Positions 18,404 to 28,654 of a stretch of DNA of 64,000 nt are shown here, piece after piece (the stretch's first letter is position 1; every line of letters begins with the position of its first letter). The DNA comes from Candidatus Latescibacterota bacterium (GTDB lineage Bacteria; Latescibacterota; UBA2968; GCA-2709665), in assembly GCA_965222075.1 (NCBI GenBank), contig OZ244937.1, positions 4,032,001 to 4,096,000 on the forward strand, read 5' to 3'. The translations under genes were made by a program, and so were the position numbers. The notes beneath the pieces are model-generated. The model ran no database searches and was not told the DNA's origin. It saw nothing but the letters and a program-made list of their open reading frames with translations.

Positions 18404-19738
18404 CTATCCCTTTGGCCTCCACGTCTCCGACAGCGGCCGGTGTGTAAACGTCCGTGCCTCCTCACCGCTGTATTCTCCCACGATCTGCCCCTCCCCCTCC
18501 ACGATATACTTGTAGATCACCAGCCCCTCCAGCCCTACCGGCCCCCGGCTGTGCAGCCGGTTGGTGCTGATCCCCACCTCGGCGCCCAGCCCGTACCGGA
18601 ACCCGTCCGCAAACCGGGTGGACGCATTGTGCAGCACCGAGGCCGCATCCACCCTCTGCAGGAACCGGGACGCGGCCGACCGGTCCTCGGTCACAATCGC
18701 ATCGGTGTGGTGGCTCCCGTACCGGTTGATATGGTCCATTGCGCTTTCCAGATCATTCACCACCTTCACCGAAACGATCAGGTCCAGGTATTCCGTCGCC
18801 CAGTCCGCCTCCGTCGCCGCAGCCACCTCCTCCCCCCCCAGCTTCCGGGTCGCTTCGTCCCCCCGAACTTCCACGCCGTTTTCACACAGGATCCGGACCA
18901 TATCCGGCAAAAACGCCTCCGCGATCTCCCGGTGCACCAGCAGCGTCTCCGCGGCATTGCACGCCGCCATATACTGTGTTTTCGCGTCTAAGCAGACCCG
19001 TTTCGCTTTCTTCAGATCCGCAGCCGAATCCACGTACACGTGGCAGATCCCATCCGCGTGTCCCATCACGGGAATCTTCGTATTTGCCATAATGTACTGA
19101 ACCAATTCATTCCCCCCCCTGGGGATAACCAGATCGATCAAATCGTGCAGATCCAGAATCGCCCGCACCTCCTCCCTTGCCTCCAACAGGTGCATCCAGC
19201 CCTCCGGGATGCCCGGCAGCCCCCGCGTTGCCTTCCGCATCACCTCTGCCAGCGCACGGTTCGTCTGAAGCGCCTCGCTCCCCCCTTTCAGCAGCACCGC
19301 ATTGCCCGACTTGAGGCAGAGCGTCGCAATTTGCACCATCGCATCCGGCCGCGACTCAAAAATCACCCCGATCACCCCGATCGGCACCGACACCCGGTAA
19401 AGCTTCAACCCCTCGTCTAACTCCGTCGCCATCAGCGTTCTTCCAATCGGCTCCGGCTGGTCCACCACGCTGCGCACGCCCACCACAATCTCCTTGTGCA
19501 GATTCTCCTCATCCACCTTCAACCGTTTGACCAGCGCCAGCGTCAGCTTTCCCTCTGCAACCAGCCCTTCCGCCGCCGCCAGGTCCCGCCGGTTCGCCTC
19601 CAGGATGCGTTCTGCGTTCGCCTCCAGCGCGCCCGCCATCGCCTCCAGGGCCGCGTTCCGTTCTCCCTCGGACGCCTGTCCCAGCGCCAGCGCCGCAGCC
19701 CGAGCCGCCTGTGCGCCCGCACGAATATCGTCAGCCAT
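18404..19738 (-). CDS. proA: Gamma-glutamyl phosphate reductase
   Basis: VPIGVIGVIFESRP, KSGNAVLLKGGSEA, IPRGG, ACNAAETLL, NASTRFADG, GAEVGIST, RGPVGLEGL. Confidence 0.97.
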   Translation of the reverse strand: MADDIRAGAQAARAAALALGQASEGERNAALEAMAGALEANAERILEANRRDLAAAEGLVAEGKLTLALVKRLKVDEENLHKEIVVGVRSVVDQPEPIGRTLMATELDEGLKLYRVSVPIGVIGVIFESRPDAMVQIATLCLKSGNAVLLKGGSEALQTNRALAEVMRKATRGLPGIPEGWMHLLEAREEVRAILDLHDLIDLVIPRGGNELVQYIMANTKIPVMGHADGICHVYVDSAADLKKAKRVCLDAKTQYMAACNAAETLLVHREIAEAFLPDMVRILCENGVEVRGDEATRKLGGEEVAAATEADWATEYLDLIVSVKVVNDLESAMDHINRYGSHHTDAIVTEDRSAASRFLQRVDAASVLHNASTRFADGFRYGLGAEVGISTNRLHSRGPVGLEGLVIYKYIVEGEGQIVGEYSGEEARTFTHRPLSETWRPKG

Positions 19739-19786
19739 ATTGACCTCCTGCGAACTTGCAATCGCCTGCCGTCCGGATTGATCTCG

Positions 19787-20830
19787 TCAAACCTTCACCC
19801 CCAGCTTCCTGGCCAGCCCCACGATCCGCTCCCAGACCGTCTCCTCAACCGGGATGCCCGCCTTTAGCCGCTCCTCCCGCGTCCGGTGCGACCGCTCACC
19901 CGGGGCCAGCACCTCGTCGAATCCCGGCGCCGGTGTTGCCGCCTTAACATAATCGATAAACCGCCCCACCTCCGCCTCAAACGCATCCAGCGGCCGGAAC
20001 GCGTCGATCCGGATCGCCTGCACGAACAGCGCGTTGCCCGTCACCTCCGAGTTCGCACGCGAGCACCCCGCAGGCGAAAGCGCTCCTGACAGAATATCCA
20101 GCACGAACGCCAGCCCCGACCCCTTGTGCCCCACCGCCCCTCCAAAAGGCAGCAGCGCCCCCCTGGGCTCTGTCAAAAACGTGTTCGGGTCGGTCGTCGG
20201 ACGCCCCTCCGCATCCATCATCCACCCCTCCGGCATAGACTCCCCCCGCGCCAACACCACCCGGACCTTCCCCCCGGCGGCCACCGCCGTCGTCAAGTCC
20301 AGCACCACCGGAAAATCCCGGTCTGTCGGAAACGCCATCGCGATGCAGTTGGCCGCCAAAACCCGCCCGATGCCGCCCCAGGGCGGCATCGCCAAGTCCG
20401 CCCCGTGCCCATTGTTGGCCACCATCCCCACCATCCCCGCCGCCGCCGCCGCGGGCGGATACGCCCCAACCCGCCCCACGTGGTTGCACCGGTGCACCGT
20501 CACCAGCCCCACGGACGCCTCCCGGGCCTTCTCCACGGCAATCCGCATCGCCTCCACCGCCGTCACGTGCCCGAACCCCCAGTTCCCGTTCACAACCGCC
20601 GTCGCCGCCGTCTCCCGCTCCACCTCCACCACCGCCCCCAGCACAATCTGCCCCGACTCGATACCGTCCACATATTGCGGCATCCGCAGCACGCCGTGGG
20701 AATCGTGCCCCACCAGGTTCGACTCTACCAGCTTCCCCGCCACGATCTCCGCCTCCTCCGGACTTGCCCCCACACGCTCGTAAACCTCCCGCCCGATTCT
20801 CCGAAGCTCATCCGCCGAAACCGTCGGCAT
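19787..20830 (-). CDS. Ldh_2 family (malate/L-lactate/ureidoglycolate-type) oxidoreductase
   Basis: GHDSHGV, NHVGRVG, LDLTT, GRPTTDP, GHKGSGL, PGE; GGAGG RBS before MPTVSA. Confidence 0.92.
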   Translation of the reverse strand: MPTVSADELRRIGREVYERVGASPEEAEIVAGKLVESNLVGHDSHGVLRMPQYVDGIESGQIVLGAVVEVERETAATAVVNGNWGFGHVTAVEAMRIAVEKAREASVGLVTVHRCNHVGRVGAYPPAAAAAGMVGMVANNGHGADLAMPPWGGIGRVLAANCIAMAFPTDRDFPVVLDLTTAVAAGGKVRVVLARGESMPEGWMMDAEGRPTTDPNTFLTEPRGALLPFGGAVGHKGSGLAFVLDILSGALSPAGCSRANSEVTGNALFVQAIRIDAFRPLDAFEAEVGRFIDYVKAATPAPGFDEVLAPGERSHRTREERLKAGIPVEETVWERIVGLARKLGVKV

Positions 20831-20914
20831 CAGGTCCTCCTTTATAAGAACAGGTTCATCCCCGCCTCCCGCCTCCCGCCTCCACTCCGGTTCAAAGTTC
20901 AAACTTCCCCTCCC

Positions 20915-22771
20915 CTATGCCCCATACGCCGCTTCAATCTCCTGCTCATACCTTTTCACAATCTCTTTTGGCACCACCTTCTTCAACCCCCGTGTCAGTG
21001 TCCCCGTCTCCTCGCTCAGCGCCTCCGGCAGCACCAGCACCTTCTGGGGGCGCTCGTGGCCGGGGAGTCCCACCCGGGTCGCCTCCTTCAACAGCGCCTC
21101 CCGAATCCGCTCGGCAACGGCCGGATGCGTGCGCAGGGCCTCCTCGTCCTGGGTGGGTAGATCCGGAATATCGGCCTGGTTTTTCGCCTCTTCGACACTG
21201 ACCGTCACCACCGGCAGGGGGAAGTCCCGCTTCTGGTCGCCGCAGACCAGCACGTGCTCGATCAGGGAGACGCGGGCGTAGAGACGCTCGAGCTGTTCGG
21301 GGTTCACAAACTCCCCGTTTCGGAGCTTGAACTGCCGGCCCACGCGTCCCCGAAACGTCAGGTATCCCTCCGAATCGATATCGAACAAATCGTCGGTCCG
21401 GTACCAGACCTTCCCTGTTTCGTCCTTGACCAGAGTCTTCGCCGTCTGTTCGGGATCGTTTAAGTACTCCTTCATCACATTCGACCCGTGCACCCAGAGT
21501 TCGCCCACCGCTCCGCCGCTGCCGCGATAGGTTTCGGTCGCCGGGTCTGCATACCCCACCTCCTGCCCGCTCTCATCCACCAGCTTCACCTCAACATACG
21601 GCCGCCCCACCGTTCCCACCCGCCGACCTTTCAGGTGGTTCACGGCAACCAGCGAACAGCTCTCCGTGGTGCCGTATCCCTCAAACGTCGTAATATCAAG
21701 CACATCGTGGAAGAAATCCAGCGCTTCCGGATCGGCCTTGGCCGACCCTACAATCAGCAGCTCCAGCCGCCCGCCCACCCGATCGGCCAGCCGGCCCCGG
21801 ATCTGTCCCACCACCTTCTTTCCCACCGTCCCGTACACCAGCCGGTCTGCCAGAGATGCCTGGCCCCGCGCCAGCTTCTGCTTGGCTCGGACCGCCCGCC
21901 CGATCAGCCGGCCCCGGGTGCCTCCGGCCTCGATCTCCTTGCGCACATTGCCGTAGACCTTATCCAGAATAAGCGGCACCGTCAAAAAGCCGTGGGGCTC
22001 GGAATGGCGGATATCGGTCAGCACCCGGTCCGGCGACCGCGCCAGATCTATCGTCCACCCCTTCGCTAAGGGATAGTAAATATTGATCACTCCCATCGTA
22101 TGGTAATCGGGGGCCGACTTAAAGAAGACCAGAGACTCCCGCTTGCTGATCACATCCCAGATCCCTTTCAGATTGGCCATAATATTCCTGTGGGTCTGCA
22201 CCGCTCCTTTCGGCAAACCCGAGGATCCGGATGTATAGATCACCTTCGTCTCGTCGTCCGGCAGAACCTCAACCTCGGGAAGCGACGCCTCCCCGCCGGC
22301 CTTGACCAAGTCGAAGAACGACCGGACGCCTTCGGCCTGGCCCTCGGTAAGAACCATCTGCGGAGGGTTTTCCAGGCGCGGCCGGATGCGTTCCACCTGG
22401 TCCTGGCTCTTGCGGTCCACAAACAGCAAAACAATCCCGGAATGGTTGACCTTGTACACCAGAATATCGTCCGGAAGCTTATTGCACAGCGGCACCGAAG
22501 AAAGCCCCAGCAGGTCTGTCGCAAGGAAAATCAGCAGCGGCTCTAAGCCCCCATCGGTCAAAATCCCTACCCGCTGACCCTTTTCAAAGTTAAGCTGCGC
22601 AAGCCCCGACGCAAGCCGGTCCCGCTGCTCCCTCAGCTGCTGGTAGGCCATAGGCACATACCGAAGTCCCTGCTCACCCGGCTCGTCCGACTGCCGTAGA
22701 ATGCGAACCGCCGTCCGGTCGGCATACCGTTCAAAACTCTCGTTCATCAGTTCCTTAAGCGTCTGGCTCAC
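20915..22771 (-). CDS. AMP-dependent long-chain acyl-CoA synthetase
   Basis: IYTSGSSGLPKG, FEGYGTTE, YRTDD, FRGR, KLRNGEFVNP. GTG start with GGAGG RBS. Confidence 0.9.
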   Translation of the reverse strand: MSQTLKELMNESFERYADRTAVRILRQSDEPGEQGLRYVPMAYQQLREQRDRLASGLAQLNFEKGQRVGILTDGGLEPLLIFLATDLLGLSSVPLCNKLPDDILVYKVNHSGIVLLFVDRKSQDQVERIRPRLENPPQMVLTEGQAEGVRSFFDLVKAGGEASLPEVEVLPDDETKVIYTSGSSGLPKGAVQTHRNIMANLKGIWDVISKRESLVFFKSAPDYHTMGVINIYYPLAKGWTIDLARSPDRVLTDIRHSEPHGFLTVPLILDKVYGNVRKEIEAGGTRGRLIGRAVRAKQKLARGQASLADRLVYGTVGKKVVGQIRGRLADRVGGRLELLIVGSAKADPEALDFFHDVLDITTFEGYGTTESCSLVAVNHLKGRRVGTVGRPYVEVKLVDESGQEVGYADPATETYRGSGGAVGELWVHGSNVMKEYLNDPEQTAKTLVKDETGKVWYRTDDLFDIDSEGYLTFRGRVGRQFKLRNGEFVNPEQLERLYARVSLIEHVLVCGDQKRDFPLPVVTVSVEEAKNQADIPDLPTQDEEALRTHPAVAERIREALLKEATRVGLPGHERPQKVLVLPEALSEETGTLTRGLKKVVPKEIVKRYEQEIEAAYGA

Positions 22772-22782
22772 TTTTCCCTCCT

Positions 22783-22953
22783 TCACTTCGGTCGGCCGCC
22801 CCGCCACAGATCGTACTGTGGACTTGCGTACCGACCGAAAAATTCCTCCAGTTGCGTTGGAAGCTCCTGAACGATCGATTCATCTTCTGAATCCCCGGCA
22901 AGGTTGTTCCGCTCGCCGGAATCGTTCACCGTATCGTACAACTCGTCTGGATG
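22783..22953 (-). pseudogene. Orphan C-terminal fragment of a sulfatase-like hydrolase
   Basis: Translates HPDELYDTVNDSGERNNLAGDSEDESIVQELPTQLEEFFGRYASPQYDLWRGGRPK*, resembling the sulfatase C-terminal ELYDxxxDPxExxNLA motif. No start codon or catalytic domain. Confidence 0.65.
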
Positions 22954-22961
22954 AATATTCC

Positions 22962-24422
22962 CTACCGGCCGCCAAACAGTTTTCCGATCAGACCCCACCC
23001 GCTGATGCCCGCAAAAACAACCAGAACCCCGGCCGACACGGCCGCGCCGATCACCATCGGAAGCCGGGTCCGGTAGGCGGGTGGAAGCTTGAAATTCAAA
23101 TACAGGGCGGCAAGCATAATCAGCGCGATGGAGAAATTCGCCAAGATGAAACCCGCGATTTGCGTCAGGATGTCGAATGGAATGTTGAGCCAGACAATAA
23201 CCATCGTAGCGGTGAATATGTAGGCGCAAATAACGCGCCGGATTTTATGGTAATCCCACTCGCGGTCGGGCCAAATTGCCTGAAAGAACTCCTGTGTCAC
23301 CCGGGCGTAGATCTCGGGCAGCGCCTGCAGCGTCCCCCACAGCGCTGCGATAATACAAATATAGTAGACCCACACCAGCGATGGGTGGATATTGCTCCAG
23401 ACGTGGGCCTGGTTCGTCAGCAGGGTCCAACCCTCAAATCGGGTCTCAAGCGGGTACAGAACCGCAGCCCCGGACAACATAAACGCCCCCGTCACCACGA
23501 GCAGAACGACTGCGCCCGTGCCCACATCCCACCGCAGGGGCGCAACAAGCTGCCGCAGCCGGCTCACCTCCTCCGGACTGTCGGGCAGATAGTTGATTGC
23601 ATCGTGTGTGAACGCATGCTGGCGGATCGCTTCAATCTTCCTATGGCACGTCAGCCCCCAGCCGTGCAACCCAATCCAGTTGGCGTAAACAATATATGAC
23701 ATTACCGACCCACCGACGTATCCGAAGGTCGTCGCCATGGTCAACATCGGGTGCTTGATCGTATCTTCCGGCGCCCAGGAGGGAAATGGCGGCAGGTGCC
23801 CAAAGCTGAGACTTCCCCAAAACGCTTCCCAGAAACCGGGACGCACCATCAGCGTGCCGATAATCGTCCCGCTGACAAGAATACAGCAGATCGCGATCTG
23901 CTGTTTCTCCAACCTCTCAAACGAAAGCCGCAGTCCAAGGGTCAACGCAAGCCCGATGAAGCAGGACGTAATCATATTCTCCCAGACAGGCTCCAAAACC
24001 CACGCCGGCAGAACACTTTGAAGCAGAAAGTGAAACAGGTCGCCGCAGGGTTTGGCAATCGGCACCCAGGCCAGCGGCGCGCCCAGCATCTCCGAAGCCA
24101 CAAGCGCAAGCAGCAGCCACCCGCGCGGCCCCGGCAGCCGCACCAGGCGGTGCCCGATGTATTCGCCGCTGATCGCCGTATAGCGTCCAACCAGATAAGT
24201 GACGAACACCCCCTTGACAACGCAGCTGAGCAGCACGAGCCACAGCAGCCCGTAGCCTGCCCACGCGCCCGCCCGAACCACGACAATCGTCTCGCCCGCC
24301 CCAATGCTCACCGACGCCACGATCGCCGCAGGTCCGAAAACCGCGAATAGCCCGACCAGCTTCTTCGCCGACCACCCCTCGGCAAAAATGCCGCTGACGG
24401 GCGGGATATCTATTTTGTCCAT
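22962..24422 (-). CDS. Nramp/APC-superfamily-like membrane transporter
   Basis: About 11 hydrophobic segments; FGPAAIVASVSIGAGE and GAWAGYGLLW N-terminal motifs. Confidence 0.85.
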   Translation of the reverse strand: MDKIDIPPVSGIFAEGWSAKKLVGLFAVFGPAAIVASVSIGAGETIVVVRAGAWAGYGLLWLVLLSCVVKGVFVTYLVGRYTAISGEYIGHRLVRLPGPRGWLLLALVASEMLGAPLAWVPIAKPCGDLFHFLLQSVLPAWVLEPVWENMITSCFIGLALTLGLRLSFERLEKQQIAICCILVSGTIIGTLMVRPGFWEAFWGSLSFGHLPPFPSWAPEDTIKHPMLTMATTFGYVGGSVMSYIVYANWIGLHGWGLTCHRKIEAIRQHAFTHDAINYLPDSPEEVSRLRQLVAPLRWDVGTGAVVLLVVTGAFMLSGAAVLYPLETRFEGWTLLTNQAHVWSNIHPSLVWVYYICIIAALWGTLQALPEIYARVTQEFFQAIWPDREWDYHKIRRVICAYIFTATMVIVWLNIPFDILTQIAGFILANFSIALIMLAALYLNFKLPPAYRTRLPMVIGAAVSAGVLVVFAGISGWGLIGKLFGGR

Positions 24423-24449
24423 CCTTGTGTACTCCTTACACCATGGCCT

Positions 24450-25462
24450 CTACAGAACCTGAAGACTCAGTTCATACCGCGCAACATCCGGAGAAAAGGG
24501 CAGCGTCACCACCAGAAGGGCCTCCTCCACCGTCGCCTCTCCGGCTTTCCGATACGGATTGTGCGGCACCGCAGGCCAGACCACCCGGGCCCCCTGCGGC
24601 AGCGAAAGCCGCCAGCCGGCGTGTTCGATCCAGTCTCCGTCACCCTCTGCGGCTCGCTCTATGGCGTCTTCTCCCAACACAAGAGAATCTCCGGATGCAA
24701 ACCGGAGCGCCTGCCCCGGGTGCGGAATCAGCGTCACGTGTCCCTCAACCGGTATACCTGAGTTCGCCGTCGCCTCAAAAGCCAGCGTCATTCCTGGTCT
24801 CGCCCTGAGGGGCCAGCGTAACCGTGCAGGTCTCCTCCCCGTATTTCAGGGTCAGGCCAGACGCATCTTCACCCGTACGGTAAGAGGCGCCCTCGGGCGC
24901 GTGGATCAGCCCTTCGCGCGGGCTGAAATCGGGGTGCTCGTCTCCCGGCGTGTGCGCGAGCAACGAGGAATCTCCCACCGTAAAAGTGCTCCACAGAGGC
25001 TGCAATTTCGTATTTCCTCCTCCAACAATCAGCCCTGTGCGGTCGTGAAAAACACTCACGAAATTCTGCCGGTCCTGCCCCCACCGGTTCTGGGGGATCT
25101 CGACCACAAAGGCGGAAAGGCAAAAAACCAGGGCCGGCGCCGCTGGGTCATCGCCTCGTCCCCCATGCGGTACAGATGCCGCTCCCGGCCCGCGGGCGTC
25201 TCCTCAACCTCCCCCTCTCCTCCATAAAGAAGCAGATGGGCCGCATAGTCGGCGGTAAAAGATCCCCCGGCCTGCAGTGGTAGTGCGAACTCTCCTCCAG
25301 GCTCCATGCCGCAGCCAGGGCAAGCATCACATTCTGATCCGTGGAAATCCAGGGCTCCGTCCCGAACTGGCCGTTCTCCTTTTGAGACGCCGGAATATCC
25401 GGCACGGCCGCGTCCAGCGGTTCCAGCAGCTGCGGCTCAGGCTTCCATGTCGTTGCCATCAC
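24450..25462 (-). pseudogene. Frameshifted and probably internally deleted hypothetical gene
   Basis: Four overlapping minus-strand ORF pieces in different frames (25148-25462, 25056-25307, 24775-25107, 24450-24791), each protein-like over part of its length. Good RBS (GGGAGGGG) before the first piece. Confidence 0.6.
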
Positions 25463-25473
25463 CCCTCCCTTTT

Positions 25474-26241
25474 TTACGCATCACAGGCGGCAATAAATGC
25501 CCCGGATGTCGCCGTATATCCCACCGCATACTCCGTCCACAGAATCATCCGCCTGGTAAACGCCATCTCCTCCAGTTCCTCCGGCAGTTCCAGCGCCATT
25601 GCACAATCGCGCAGCAGCAGAATCCGGTAATTCAGATTCATCGCATCGATCATCGTACAGTGTAAACAGATATCCAGCGCAAACCCCACGCACACCAGCG
25701 TCTTGATATTCAGATTGCGCAGCAACCCGTCCAGCCGCGTCTCGAAAAACCCGCTGTACGCGTGCTTGCGGATAAAATAGTCTTCGGGCCGGGGCTCGAT
25801 CACCTTCGAGAACTTTACGGCCGTTGAGTTCCCGTACACATACTCGCGCGGATCGACCCTATCCTCCGATCCCCACGCTTCCCAGTCCAGATCGCACGAC
25901 CGCTGTGCCGTCCTGGCCAGTTCCGACCGGTTGATCGCAATTCTGGGCGCGCTGTTGTTCAAATAGATCACTGGCAGTCCCGCCCTGCGCGCCGCATCCA
26001 TCGCCGGGCGGATGTGGTTGACCACAATATCTTTTTCCGTCTCAAAACTCGCGCTCAGGCTCATCGACGGGTATTCATGCGGCTTGCCCTCATCGTCCGG
26101 CGAAAACCCCAGCCCGTAAACATCCACAACCAGAAAAGCCGTCGTCTCCGTATCCAGTTCCAGCATCTCCTCCGCGTGCCCCAGAAATTTCTCGGGTGGA
26201 AAGAGCCGGTAATAGCGCCCCTTAATCTTCAATATTGCCAT
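25474..26241 (-). CDS. Isochorismatase/cysteine hydrolase family protein
   Basis: Catalytic triad motifs FLVVD, IRKHAYSGF, GFALDIC. Confidence 0.9.
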   Translation of the reverse strand: MAILKIKGRYYRLFPPEKFLGHAEEMLELDTETTAFLVVDVYGLGFSPDDEGKPHEYPSMSLSASFETEKDIVVNHIRPAMDAARRAGLPVIYLNNSAPRIAINRSELARTAQRSCDLDWEAWGSEDRVDPREYVYGNSTAVKFSKVIEPRPEDYFIRKHAYSGFFETRLDGLLRNLNIKTLVCVGFALDICLHCTMIDAMNLNYRILLLRDCAMALELPEELEEMAFTRRMILWTEYAVGYTATSGAFIAACDA

Positions 26242-26259
26242 ACCTGGTCACTCCAGACT

Positions 26260-26865
26260 TTATGATGAACCCCGGGCCGGCGCCAGCCAGCCCTTCCGGA
26301 CCGCATCCTCAACCATCGCCCTGGCGCGCGTCCAGAGCTCCGGCGCACCCTCCACCATGTGGCGGTTATACGCAATCACCTGATCGGAGCACACCCCGTG
26401 TCTCTTCCACGCCGCGCCTTCACTCCGGTAGTTGAGCAGCAGCGGCTGGAACCTGTCCAGTGCCGCGGCGAACCGGGCCTCAGGCGTCTCCCTGCCCTCG
26501 AACTCTTCCCAGAGCGCATACAACTCGGCCGCCAGATCTTCGGGCAGCAGGTTGAAAATCCGGTCCGCCGCCTCTCTCTCCCGCTCCTCCTTATCCTCAT
26601 TGCCTTTCTCATCGTACGCAAATGTATCCCCCGCATCGATCTCCACGAGGTCGTGGACCAGCAGCATCTTCACCACCAGCAACAGATCCACCTCCTCCCG
26701 CGCGTACTCCAACAGCAGAACCGCCATCACCGCCAGGTGCCAGGAATGCTCCGCATCGTTCTCCTGCCGGGGTGCATCCAGCAGCAGCGTTTGCCTCAGC
26801 ACCTGTTTGAGCTTATCGATCTCAACGATAAATTCAATCTGTTGTGTCAGCCTGTCGGAGCCCAT
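26260..26865 (-). CDS. HD-domain phosphohydrolase (YfbR/HDDC2-like)
   Basis: EIDKLKQVLRQT, ENDAEHSWHLA, LVHDLVEIDAGD, LDRFQP. Confidence 0.93.
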   Translation of the reverse strand: MGSDRLTQQIEFIVEIDKLKQVLRQTLLLDAPRQENDAEHSWHLAVMAVLLLEYAREEVDLLLVVKMLLVHDLVEIDAGDTFAYDEKGNEDKEEREREAADRIFNLLPEDLAAELYALWEEFEGRETPEARFAAALDRFQPLLLNYRSEGAAWKRHGVCSDQVIAYNRHMVEGAPELWTRARAMVEDAVRKGWLAPARGSS

Positions 26866-27008
26866 TCGCCTATCCCACCTCCGGGACAATCCGCCATCGT
26901 CCCTTCCAGCCGGTATGTCCCCACCCCTTCAACCGGACCACCTCCGAAAAATCCCCGTTCCTCCCATCCTCCCCACCCCTGTCTGTTTCCGAGTTTAACC
27001 TGGAACGA

Positions 27009-27797
27009 CTACCTCTCCCCCCGCGGCAGCGGCCACGACTCCCCGGCCATAAATCCTCCGTCCACATAAATCTTCACCCCCGTCACATAATCAGACGCCG
27101 GTGAGGCCAGAAACACCGCCGTTCCCACCATATCTTCCGGCGTCGCCAGGCGTCCCAGAGGCGTCCGGCCCTCACCCCAGGCCCGCATCGTCGGATCGGC
27201 CCAGAGCTTCTCCGTCAGCGGCGTTAGCACAAACCCGGGGCAGATCGTGTTCACCTGGATATTGTGAGGCGCCAGCTCCAGCGCCTGCGCCCTGGTCAGC
27301 TGTCCCACGGCCCCCTTCGTCGCCGTATACACCGACACACTGTGCAGCGCCGTGCCCGTGGTCAAAGACCCGATATTGATTACCTTCCCCTGCCTGCGCG
27401 GGATCATATGCCGGGCCGCCGTCTGCGTCAAAAAATAAAGCCCTTTCAGATTCACGGCCACAATTCGGTCGTAGTGTTCCTCCGTCACCTCTTCCAGCGG
27501 CTCCCGGATATTCATCCCCGCATTGTTTACCAGAATATCGATCTGCCCGTACTGTTCCAGCGTTGTCTCCACCCCCCGGCTCACCGACGCCAGGTCCGCC
27601 ATATCCACCTCCACGGCCAGCGCATCTCCTCCCGCCGCCTGAATCGCCAATGCTGCTTCGTCCAGCTGGGACCGGGTGCGCGCCGCACACACCACCTTTG
27701 CCCCGTGCGCCGCCAGCCCCTCGGCAATCCCCCGCCCGATGCCTCGCCCTGCGCCGGTAACCAGCGCAACACGTCCTTCCAGAGAAAACAGATTCAC
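27009..27797 (-). CDS. SDR oxidoreductase (gluconate 5-dehydrogenase/KduD-like)
   Basis: TGAGRGIG, NNAG, YTATK, ICPG. Confidence 0.93.
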   Translation of the reverse strand: MNLFSLEGRVALVTGAGRGIGRGIAEGLAAHGAKVVCAARTRSQLDEAALAIQAAGGDALAVEVDMADLASVSRGVETTLEQYGQIDILVNNAGMNIREPLEEVTEEHYDRIVAVNLKGLYFLTQTAARHMIPRRQGKVINIGSLTTGTALHSVSVYTATKGAVGQLTRAQALELAPHNIQVNTICPGFVLTPLTEKLWADPTMRAWGEGRTPLGRLATPEDMVGTAVFLASPASDYVTGVKIYVDGGFMAGESWPLPRGER

Positions 27798-27826
27798 GAT
27801 TCTCCCCTTTTTGATTACCGTTATGC

Positions 27827-27840
27827 GTTTACCGGTAAAC
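27827..27840. promoter_or_regulatory. Perfect 14-bp palindrome, possible LacI-type operator
   Basis: GTTTACCGGTAAAC, 30 bp upstream of the SDR start. Confidence 0.45.
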
Positions 27841-27969
27841 CCATCCCGAAGCCGACCTTCTTACGGGGCCAACAGTGCCGAAGGTGCAATTCTTCTCTCG
27901 TCCAACGGAATATATGCAAATATTCCGATCCGAACAACCCTCTCCCGGCCACGCTCCCCTGTTGCGCTT

Positions 27970-28003
27970 AAAAAAAACCGGCCTCACAGCAATGTGAGAC
28001 CGG
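27970..28003 (-). terminator. Intrinsic terminator of the 28031-28654 gene
   Basis: CCGGcCTCACA-gcaa-TGTGAGaCCGG preceded by A8 on the plus strand (U-tract on the minus strand). Confidence 0.7.
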
Positions 28004-28030
28004 GATGTTTTCATATCTACCTGCTGGATC

Positions 28031-28654
28031 TCATCGGAAAAACATCGACACTCCGGCGGTCACAATATGCCGCGTCACGTGCTGTCCATCGGCAAAAAGG
28101 ACCGTAAACGCGTACTGCGAGGTCATCGCCGTCCGACTGGAGATGAATTTCCGCACGCCTGCGCCGCCGCCCACCTCGCTCACATCCCCCCAGCCGAAAT
28201 CACGCCCCCCGAAAACCTCCACAAACGGGTAGGTCCGCTTCTCTATCTGGTAGGGGATATTATAGCGATAGAACCCGGTCAGTGAGGACCCGAACCCCTG
28301 GTCAACAGACAGGATGCGCCCGGTCACCCGGTGGGTATCCCCGGGTGTGCCGACCACAACCTCCCGTCGGTTCGCCCGGTCCCAGGCCCGGTTGCCCATC
28401 ACAAACGTCCCGCCGAGCTGATGTGTCCGGGTCAGAGCATACGCCATCGTCACACCTGCGCGGTAAACCAGCGCACTGCCCGAAAAGCGTAAGGACATCA
28501 TCGGGCTGATCTCCAGGCGTCCGGCCTGCATCGGCCCGCCCACCCCGAAGATCTCCACCTCTTCCGGCTCCTCCTCCGGCGCCAGAAAATCGGCCCGGAC
28601 GGCCCCGCCGGAAACCAGCAACACCACCGTTAGAAACAGGACGATTCGTCTCAT
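28031..28654 (-). CDS. Secreted hypothetical protein, probable outer-membrane beta-barrel
   Basis: Signal peptide MRRIVLFLTVVLLVSGGAVRA; alternating amphipathic strands (YPFVEVFGG, GAGVRKFI); C-terminal GVSMFFR. Confidence 0.65.
   Translation of the reverse strand: MRRIVLFLTVVLLVSGGAVRADFLAPEEEPEEVEIFGVGGPMQAGRLEISPMMSLRFSGSALVYRAGVTMAYALTRTHQLGGTFVMGNRAWDRANRREVVVGTPGDTHRVTGRILSVDQGFGSSLTGFYRYNIPYQIEKRTYPFVEVFGGRDFGWGDVSEVGGGAGVRKFISSRTAMTSQYAFTVLFADGQHVTRHIVTAGVSMFFR

Noticed and set aside
18404-19738. proA without an adjacent proB
   Set aside because: Unlinked proA and proB are common.
26260-26865. HD protein as part of a defence system
   Set aside because: It is an ordinary YfbR/HDDC2-type nucleotidase in a metabolic context.
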